From Thermotogota bacterium (GTDB lineage: Bacteria > Thermotogota > Thermotogae > Petrotogales > Kosmotogaceae): a DNA stretch of 23,788 bases. The DNA lies in assembly GCA_034660555.1 (NCBI GenBank), contig JAYEJL010000014.1:1-23788 (forward strand), written 5' to 3'. The notes below the pieces were generated by a model that worked only from the letters and a program-made list of their open reading frames with translations, was not told the DNA's origin and did no database searches. The position numbers and the translations under genes were made by a program. Shown here in pieces: positions 17,228-23,788 of this stretch (positions are counted from its first letter, which is position 1; each line of letters begins with the position of its first letter).

Positions 17228-17711
17228 TGTCGAATCCTTTTAAATACTCTATGACAAGATTAGTAATATCGTATGTTCCTTTTCCGTAAACAACAGCTTC
17301 TTTTGTAATAATGAGATCATACTCGGTAAATTCCGCATAGTTCTTCATACGTTTCTGCAGTCTTTCAATGATAATCTGTGTTTTTTCATTGTATGTGGAT
17401 TGAATTGTCTGTTCATACTGTGCTTTCTTTGACAGTAATTCATTTTGCTTTTCTGCTAGTTCGGACTGAGTGGCACCTTCCTGTTGCATTTGCTGTAGCT
17501 CCTGTGAAAGCTCGTCAAGTTGTTTCTGATAGAACTGCAAATCTTCCTGATAGCTCTGGTTCAGTTCTTTCCAATCTTTTGTTGATTCCAAGACTCTTTG
17601 CATATCAACATAGGCTATTTTAGCCGGGTTGTTTGGACTCGACGAATTTTCAGAAATTACAACTGCAGTTAATAAAAGAATCAAAGTAAGTACGGGAATT
17701 AGTTTCTTCAT
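17217..17711 (-). CDS. skp: OmpH/Skp periplasmic chaperone
   Basis: Signal peptide MKKLIPVLTLILLLTAVV, KIAYVDMQRV, Gln/Glu-rich coiled coil, YDLII and YDITNLVI. ATG 17711 follows AGGAGG. Confidence 0.88.
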   Translation of the reverse strand: MKKLIPVLTLILLLTAVVISENSSSPNNPAKIAYVDMQRVLESTKDWKELNQSYQEDLQFYQKQLDELSQELQQMQQEGATQSELAEKQNELLSKKAQYEQTIQSTYNEKTQIIIERLQKRMKNYAEFTEYDLIITKEAVVYGKGTYDITNLVIEYLKGFDSED

Positions 17712-17738
17712 AAAAAACACCTCCTGGATTATTTTATG

Positions 17739-18185
17739 CTAAAAAGTTTTCTTTGAATCTAAAAGGATAGTCACCGGACCATCATTGGTTATAGAAACAC
17801 TCATATATGTTTGAAATATCCCTGTTTCTGTTGGGACCTTTTCTTCTGCTTTTTTAATAAACAACCTGTAAAGTTCCTGGGCTTTTTCAGGAGGGGCAGC
17901 TTCCGTAAAAGAAGGTCTTCTACCTTTTCTGGAGTCTCCCAGCAGGGTGAACTGAGAAACAGCAAGAAGCTCTCCATCTATATCTATAAGAGAAAGATTC
18001 ATCTTGTCATTTTCATCCTCGAATATTCGCAGATTAATTATCTTCTCTACCATCCATTCAGCATCGTTTTCTGAATCGTTTTTCTCAACACCCAGGAAAA
18101 CAAGTACACCTTTTTCAATAGAACCCACAACCTCTTCATCAACTTTAACACAGGCATTCTTAACTCGTTGTACTACTGCTCTCAT
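17739..18185 (-). CDS. dtd: D-aminoacyl-tRNA deacylase
   Basis: [24 protein letters not shown] and NDGPVT. Confidence 0.97.
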   Translation of the reverse strand: MRAVVQRVKNACVKVDEEVVGSIEKGVLVFLGVEKNDSENDAEWMVEKIINLRIFEDENDKMNLSLIDIDGELLAVSQFTLLGDSRKGRRPSFTEAAPPEKAQELYRLFIKKAEEKVPTETGIFQTYMSVSITNDGPVTILLDSKKTF

Positions 18186-20359
18186 GAGGACCTCCCAATA
18201 CGTTTTACAACCTGTACATTCTTTAAACCACGAATGTTTTCCATAACTAATGTAAGATGGGCAACATCTCTGACCAACAAAGTAACCTTAAGTGAATTAT
18301 AACCCCATTTTCCTGTTTCAACTGCATATTTGTTTATTGATGCATGTTTTGCTTCAATACGTTCCATTATTTTTGGAATGCAGGATTTATCATTATCCTT
18401 AAAATCAACCAGTATCTTTGCTGTATATCTTCTATCTGTATTGGGACTCCAGTAAGCGTCTACTAGTTTATCTGCTGGCATAGATTTTATATTTGGGCAG
18501 TTTGTTTTATGTACTGAAATTCCTTTGCTGCTTATGACAGCAGCTATTTCATCACCTGGAAGAGGAGTACAGCACTTGGCAAAATGTACATCGATCCCTG
18601 TTTGTCCACCCACAATGACTTCCTTACCCTTTCCGGGTTTTGTTTCTTTAAGAGGTTTTTCTATTTCAGGAAGTTCTTCTTCCTCTTCTTCAGGCATAAG
18701 GATCTTCATTAATTGCTCATTGGTTATAACGCCTTCTCCAATTTTCAAATACAGCTCATATTCATTTTTGAGTTTGTATTTGTCCATTAGCTTTTCAATG
18801 GGTTCTGAATGGATAATGCCTTCAATTGGTTTATTCATTTTCTTGCTGATTTTCCTGATAACTTCTTTACCCTTATTCACGTACTCTGTGTTGTATTTGT
18901 TCTTGAAGAATCTTCTTATCTTCGCTTTAGTACTATTGGAATGAGCGTATTTTAACCAGTCAAGACTGGGACCGCTGCTTGATTTGTTGACAATAATTTC
19001 TACCCTGTCACCCAGCTGTAGCTTGTAATCGATGGGTACGATCCTGTCATTAACTTTGGCGCCGGCAAAATGGTGACCTACTTCAGTATGAATAGCATAA
19101 GCAAAATCAATCGGTGTAGCATTTTTAGGAAGATGGATAACTTCTCCTTTAGGAGTGAACACAAACACTTCGTCAGGTTCAAGAACAGTTGAAACAGAAT
19201 TGAGATCACTAAAACTCTCGATGAATTCTCTGTGCCAGTTAACAAGCTGATTCAACCATGTTCTGCTGCTTAGGTCAACTCCTTCTTTATACAACCAATG
19301 AGCAGCTACACCAAATTCGGCTTCTTTGTTCATCTTTTCCGTTCGAATTTGAATCTCAAGTGGTTCACCACGGTGTGTTATGACAGTTGTGTGAAGCGAA
19401 CGGTAACCATTGGATTTTGGAGCAGCGATATAATCTTTGAATCTCCCCGGTAATGGTGGCCATAGTGCGTGTAATATACCAAGAACCTTGTAGCAGTTAA
19501 CATCATCGTCAGTAACAATTCGTAGTGCGATTAGATCGTAAATTTCATCAAAAGCTTTGTTCTTTTTTGTCATTTTTCCCCAGATACTGTATAGATGTTT
19601 TATTCTGCCTTTCATTCTGAAACTGATCTTGTATTTCTTTAATTCCTGACTAATTACATCCTGGTACTCATCCATTATTGATTCTCTTTCTTTGAGTTTT
19701 CTGTTTAGCATTTTTTTAAGTTCTTTATACTCATCCGGGTATATTGTTTTAAAGGAAATATCTTCAAGTTCCCACTTCATTTTGTGTATACCTATTCTAT
19801 GAGCGATAGGAGCGTATATGTTTAGTGTTTCAAGTGCCTTTTCTTTTCTTTTTTGTGCGTCCTTTAAGTGTTCTATTGTGCGCATGTTGTGTAACCTATC
19901 AGCAAGTTTTACAATAATTATGCGAAGATCACGCGCCATAGCAAGTAGCATTTTGCGTATAGTTTCAGCTTTGATTCGAGATTTTAGAGCTTTGCTGCTC
20001 AGTTTTTCATTGAGTCGCAAATTGCTGATCTTTGTTACTCCATCAACTACGCTAGATACATTTTCTCCAAATTCTGTGCGAAGCATATCAAGAGAAACAT
20101 CGCAATCCTCTACAACATCATGTAAAAGACCAGCAACTATGGTATCAACATCAGCTTTTAGATCAGCGAGAATCAAAGCAACTTCAACGGGATGGTGAAT
20201 AAATGAATTCCCTGAATCTCTCATCTGACCTCTGTGTGCTGCTTCTGCAAGTTCATAGGCTTTTAGGATCATATTTCGATCCCTGCGTTTTAAGCGCTTA
20301 TCAAGCCGGGCAGCTATTTTATCAACAATCTGCTGACCGGTCTTTACATCATAAACCAC
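18182..20359 (-). CDS. rel: Bifunctional (p)ppGpp synthetase/hydrolase Rel (long RSH)
   Basis: Intact HD motif (LLHDVVED), [11 protein letters not shown], RxKD-type synthetase motif (GRFKDY), YRSLHTT, EIQIRT, TGS (VFTPKG), ZFD (AKCCTP...C) and C-terminal ACT/RRM. Confidence 0.96.
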   Translation of the reverse strand: MVYDVKTGQQIVDKIAARLDKRLKRRDRNMILKAYELAEAAHRGQMRDSGNSFIHHPVEVALILADLKADVDTIVAGLLHDVVEDCDVSLDMLRTEFGENVSSVVDGVTKISNLRLNEKLSSKALKSRIKAETIRKMLLAMARDLRIIIVKLADRLHNMRTIEHLKDAQKRKEKALETLNIYAPIAHRIGIHKMKWELEDISFKTIYPDEYKELKKMLNRKLKERESIMDEYQDVISQELKKYKISFRMKGRIKHLYSIWGKMTKKNKAFDEIYDLIALRIVTDDDVNCYKVLGILHALWPPLPGRFKDYIAAPKSNGYRSLHTTVITHRGEPLEIQIRTEKMNKEAEFGVAAHWLYKEGVDLSSRTWLNQLVNWHREFIESFSDLNSVSTVLEPDEVFVFTPKGEVIHLPKNATPIDFAYAIHTEVGHHFAGAKVNDRIVPIDYKLQLGDRVEIIVNKSSSGPSLDWLKYAHSNSTKAKIRRFFKNKYNTEYVNKGKEVIRKISKKMNKPIEGIIHSEPIEKLMDKYKLKNEYELYLKIGEGVITNEQLMKILMPEEEEEELPEIEKPLKETKPGKGKEVIVGGQTGIDVHFAKCCTPLPGDEIAAVISSKGISVHKTNCPNIKSMPADKLVDAYWSPNTDRRYTAKILVDFKDNDKSCIPKIMERIEAKHASINKYAVETGKWGYNSLKVTLLVRDVAHLTLVMENIRGLKNVQVVKRIGRSS

Positions 20360-20389
20360 GTTTTCACCTCGGTTTTTGCACTTATGAAT

Positions 20390-20398
20390 ATTTTATCA
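20390..20398 (-). promoter_or_regulatory. Probable extended -10 promoter for the rel operon
   Basis: The minus strand reads TGATAAAAT about 30 nt upstream of the rel GTG; no good -35 box. Confidence 0.45.
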
Positions 20399-20540
20399 TG
20401 ATTAAGCTTAACTGTTTAATGTATATTAAGCCTGTAAAGCACGTAGGATTTGCGTTAACACTCATTATAAATAATGCTACTGTGTGGTTAGATTAGTTTT
20501 ATGATGACCAATTGCAGTAAACCTGAGGTAAATTTGTAGA

Positions 20541-21278
20541 TTAGAATAAGAAAGCTCTTATTGCATTCACTATAACCACTGCAATGAGAAATATTTTTAA
20601 GAATCTGACTCCTTTAGATATCGTCAGTTTAACTGAGAGGTGAGCCCCGGTCATATTACCAAGAGCCAGCATAATGCCTAAGGGCACTTCGACCAAACCA
20701 TTGTAGAAAAATATAATCAATGAAATACACGTGTATATAAGCACTATCCCGACTTTTATTGCATTTGTCTTTATTAAATCCGTTCCGATAAAGAAAGTGA
20801 TGGCAGTAATCAACAAGAAACCTATTCCGGCCTGGATAAAACCACCATAAATTCCAAGCCCAAAAAAAGAAATATATTTAAGGATAGTCATTCCCTTTCC
20901 ATTTATGTTACTTGAAACTTTTGGTTTTTTGATTACAAATATGACCATGATTACAAGTATTATGCCTATTACTTTATTTAGTAGTTCCTCGTTAAGATCT
21001 ACTGCAATAAATGAACCAATTACAGCACCGCAGGCTGCCACAATCCCAAGTGGCAGTGATATCTTGAATGATTTAACACCTTTCCTTTCAAAGCTGGATA
21101 CTCCAACTACGTTTTGCAGCAGAATAGCAATTCTGTTAGTTCCATTGGCGATATCAGCTGGTAACCCATAGAACATTAGAATTGGAAGCGTAATCATAGA
21201 GCCCCCTCCAGCAAGGGTGTTAATAATTCCAGCAAGCGCTCCTCCAGCATATATCAATAAGTAACCGAGTATATCCAT
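20541..21278 (-). CDS. TauE/SafE (DUF81) family membrane protein, putative sulfite/anion exporter
   Basis: AGIINTLAGGGS, ANGTN, YGGFIQAGIG and GNMTGA with multiple TM segments. ATG 21278 follows GGTGG. Confidence 0.9.
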   Translation of the reverse strand: MDILGYLLIYAGGALAGIINTLAGGGSMITLPILMFYGLPADIANGTNRIAILLQNVVGVSSFERKGVKSFKISLPLGIVAACGAVIGSFIAVDLNEELLNKVIGIILVIMVIFVIKKPKVSSNINGKGMTILKYISFFGLGIYGGFIQAGIGFLLITAITFFIGTDLIKTNAIKVGIVLIYTCISLIIFFYNGLVEVPLGIMLALGNMTGAHLSVKLTISKGVRFLKIFLIAVVIVNAIRAFLF

Positions 21279-21416
21279 AGCCACCACCAATTTTATGTTT
21301 TTTTAAGTGTATCATGAAATTAAAAAATAAAAGAACCACTTAAGTGACAAAAACATTGTTTTCATAAAATAGTATGAGCTTGTATAATAATGTTATAAAA
21401 AAATATATTGTATATG

Positions 21417-21466
21417 TGTGAATGACTATCATATACTGACCACCTGTGATAACAAGAAAATGACCA
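21417..21466 (+). repeat. IS21 right end: terminal IR plus two 19-bp transposase-binding repeats
   Basis: TGTGAATGACTATCATATACTGACCA (21417-21442) matches the left terminus at 15/26. GATAACAAGAAAATGACCA (21448-21466) matches 23748-23730 at 17/19. Confidence 0.8.
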
Positions 21467-21483
21467 TCCACCGGATAAAGTAA

Positions 21484-22245
21484 TTATTCTTTGTATTTCA
21501 TAGTTTTACTTGCACTTTCTTTGAATCTAAAGGATTCACCTTCAAACAGTAACAGGTTAGAATGATGGGTTAATCTGTCTAACATAGCTGCAGTTAAAGC
21601 TGGATCAGTGAAAACTTCTGTCCATCTGGAAAATTCTAAATTTGTTGTTATGATTAAACTTCCACTTTCATATTTGTTGGATATGAACTGGAACAGTAGT
21701 TTACCACCTTCACCTAAGGGAACATATCCGAGTTCATCACATATAACAAGATCGTACTTTTTCCATTGTTTCAGGTAATGTGGCAGACGATATTCTTTTT
21801 CTGCCAGCAGCAATTCCTGTATTAGTTGCATAATGGTTGTAAATTTGACTCTGTATTCATCATTCACTGCTGCCAATCCCAGTGCTATTGCTATATGTGT
21901 TTTCCCTGTTCCCGGTTTCCCCACGCAGATGATGTTTTCTTTTCTTCTCACATACTCGTTCTGTGCTAGCTGTAATACTCTCCCTTTTGAAAGTGATGGC
22001 ATTTCTTTGAAGTCAAATTCATTCAGTGTTTTGTTCAATGGAAACTTCGCTCTTTTTAAATTGTTGGTTAATCTTTTCTGGTGTCTTGTGGTTATTTCTT
22101 CTTCCAGACATGCCAGGAGAAATTCTCCATAGTCCATTGTTTTTTCTGTCGCCTCTCTTGCTATGGATTGCCAGTGTTGTCTTACTCCGGGTAATCTCAA
22201 TCTTTTGCATATTAGTTGAAGTTTCCCTTCTATGATTTCTTTCAT
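21484..22245 (-). CDS. istB: IS21 helper AAA+ ATPase IstB
   Basis: LRLPG, AKFP, FDF, Walker A GKPGTGKTH, Walker B LVICDELGY, ITTN, LDRLTH and GESFR. Confidence 0.96.
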   Translation of the reverse strand: MKEIIEGKLQLICKRLRLPGVRQHWQSIAREATEKTMDYGEFLLACLEEEITTRHQKRLTNNLKRAKFPLNKTLNEFDFKEMPSLSKGRVLQLAQNEYVRRKENIICVGKPGTGKTHIAIALGLAAVNDEYRVKFTTIMQLIQELLLAEKEYRLPHYLKQWKKYDLVICDELGYVPLGEGGKLLFQFISNKYESGSLIITTNLEFSRWTEVFTDPALTAAMLDRLTHHSNLLLFEGESFRFKESASKTMKYKE

Positions 22246-23666
22246 TAGCCCACCTTCTTAAGTAATGTATCGTATTTGTAGATGTCTTTTCTTTGTGTAA
22301 TCACTTCTTTTTTGTCTGTCCATGGATTGGGTAGTAATTCGCTTATTCTTTCAAAGGTGGGATTTCCTATCTTTTTTAGTGTCTCTTCCATTTCTTTTAT
22401 GGTATGGTTTTTTAATAGCATTATTATCTTTAGGTATTCTTTGTACCAGTGGATTCCTTTCTTTTTTAGGGTTTTCCTCAACTGTTGAAATACGGGTGGT
22501 AGTTCACGTATTACTCTGGCATGTGTTACTGCATGGGGTTTCATTTCAAAGACCGGCAGATAATGTTCTATCTTCAGGTGAGTTTCATCTCGTTTGTATG
22601 ATCGTTTGTGAATTGCTATGATAGATTCGTTTTCTATTATTTCTATTCTGTCTACATATATTTTAGCAAGGAGTGTTTTTCCCACACTCTTTGCCGGTAC
22701 GCTGTATCTATTTCTGTCCACTGTTACCAGTGAGTAAGTATTTACTTTCACCGGTACTAAGGTTGCACTGCAAAATGGCCTTTTTGGCAGTTTCATGAGT
22801 GCATCTTTTTCTTTGTCCCATTTGTTCTTATGCCTATCCTTTTCTTTCTCACACCAGTTTCTTAAATGTTTGTTGAGTTCGTTAAAGTCTTTGTATTCTT
22901 TTATGGGTACCAGTGCATTTCTTCTTACGTATCTAACCAGTCCTTCAACGCTGCCTTTTTCATTTCCTTTTCTCGGTCTGTGAAAATGACTGTCAAATAG
23001 GTAATGTGACCTCAGAGATGAAAATACCTGGTGCTCTTTCCTTTCCGGTCCGGACAGTATTTTTACTATCTGGGTTGATGCATTGTCGTACAGTCCTTCC
23101 TGTGGTACTCCTCCAAAGTATTCAAATGCCTGTACATGTCCTTGTAGAAATGCTTCTTCTTTCTCTGTCGGGAATGCCATTACAAAGGGTACCTGTGAAT
23201 ATTTTAGCTTCATACAAAACAGTGATACTTTTACTTTTTCTTTGTTCAGTATAACTCTGGCATGTCCAAAATCTACCTGTGCCTGTTCTCCCGGTTCTGC
23301 ATCCAGTAAAATGAAGCATTCTTTCGGTTTGCTCTTTAGTTTCCTTACATATCTCCTTACTGTTGATTCCGCTCCTGTAAATCCATACTCTTCAACTAAT
23401 CTTGTGTATATCCTTTTTGCTGTATGATGTTGTTTCTTTGGTGATTCTTTATCTTTTTCCAGCCAGTTCTCAATTACGTCTTTGTATGGATCCATTACAG
23501 GTGATGGCTTTGTTTTTCGCAATGTGTAACGCGGTATTTCTGAATCTTTTAACATCTTCCTGATGGTTACTCTGGAATGTCCCAGCTTCTTTGATATTCC
23601 ACTTATTGTTTCCCCTTTAACAAAATACATTTTTCGTATATACTCTTTGTCGACCATCCTGAGCAT
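22245..23666 (-). CDS. istA: IS21 DDE transposase IstA
   Basis: N-terminal HTH (ISGISKKLGHSRVTIRK), HTAKRIY, DDE residues (QVDFG, YDN, EKGSVE) and NRYSVP. ATG 23657 is an alternative start with better SD spacing. Confidence 0.96.
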   Translation of the reverse strand: MLRMVDKEYIRKMYFVKGETISGISKKLGHSRVTIRKMLKDSEIPRYTLRKTKPSPVMDPYKDVIENWLEKDKESPKKQHHTAKRIYTRLVEEYGFTGAESTVRRYVRKLKSKPKECFILLDAEPGEQAQVDFGHARVILNKEKVKVSLFCMKLKYSQVPFVMAFPTEKEEAFLQGHVQAFEYFGGVPQEGLYDNASTQIVKILSGPERKEHQVFSSLRSHYLFDSHFHRPRKGNEKGSVEGLVRYVRRNALVPIKEYKDFNELNKHLRNWCEKEKDRHKNKWDKEKDALMKLPKRPFCSATLVPVKVNTYSLVTVDRNRYSVPAKSVGKTLLAKIYVDRIEIIENESIIAIHKRSYKRDETHLKIEHYLPVFEMKPHAVTHARVIRELPPVFQQLRKTLKKKGIHWYKEYLKIIMLLKNHTIKEMEETLKKIGNPTFERISELLPNPWTDKKEVITQRKDIYKYDTLLKKVG

Positions 23667-23729
23667 CTCCTTTTATACCCCGCTTTCTTTTTTAAGATAA
23701 TTAAAGCTTAGCAGGGTTTTTGCTCGGGG

Positions 23730-23788
23730 TGGTCATTTTTTCGTTATCGTTTTTCATTTTTCTGGATAGTTTTATTTTATCGTTTACA
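23730..23788 (-). repeat. IS21 left end: terminal IR plus internal 19-bp repeat
   Basis: The minus strand reads TGTAAACGATAAAATAAAACTATCCA (23788-23763) and GATAACGAAAAAATGACCA (23748-23730). Confidence 0.8.

Larger units (their letters stand above)
21417..23788 (-). mobile_element. IS21-family insertion sequence (istA-istB), about 2372 bp, apparently complete
   Basis: istA and istB overlap as TAATG. The ends read 5'-TGT...ACA-3' with imperfect terminal IRs and internal 19-bp repeats. The window ends exactly at the left (istA) end. Confidence 0.92.

Noticed and set aside
20360..20540. Possible ncRNA or operator between rel and tauE (TTAAGCTTAA at 20402-20411; TTAAT-N4-ATTAA at 20416-20429)
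   Set aside because: Only short AT-rich palindromes, with no stable structure or recognisable RNA family.
22200..22300. Programmed frameshift fusing istA and istB
   Set aside because: The junction is an ordinary TAATG stop-start overlap and istB has its own SD-like AAGGTGG.
1..23788. CRISPR arrays, tRNA/rRNA genes, prophage, inteins
   Set aside because: All intergenic gaps are under about 200 bp with no repeat-spacer pattern or cloverleaf, and no protein shows an unexplained large insertion.

Overview
AT-rich bacterial chromosomal window made up almost entirely of housekeeping genes. The protein styles (zinc-less GluRS, short DnaE, N-terminally extended Lgt, Skp/LptB without lpx genes) suggest Thermotogota; this is inference, not a search result. 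In order: minus-strand DUF2344-yebC-lspA-rluD-dnaE (dnaE runs off the left edge); plus-strand metallophosphoesterase-tig, then lgt; minus-strand yugP-like peptidase, RsmB-like protein, rlmN, rsgA, rpe, rdgB; plus-strand queD-ecfT; minus-strand rel-dtd-skp-lptB-LOG-gltX-pilin-like-HEAT-repeat run; tauE; and an apparently complete IS21-family element (21417-23788) whose terminal CA is the last base pair of the window. I see no CRISPR array, RNA gene, prophage or defence island, and no clear-cut new multi-gene system. The best leads are (i) an intact but apparently catalytically dead RsmB paralogue that lacks the SAM-binding core and both catalytic Cys, (ii) a coupled skp-lptB pair with no other lpt/lpx genes, (iii) an orphan prepilin coupled to gltX and a HEAT-repeat gene, and (iv) a queD-ecfT pair.
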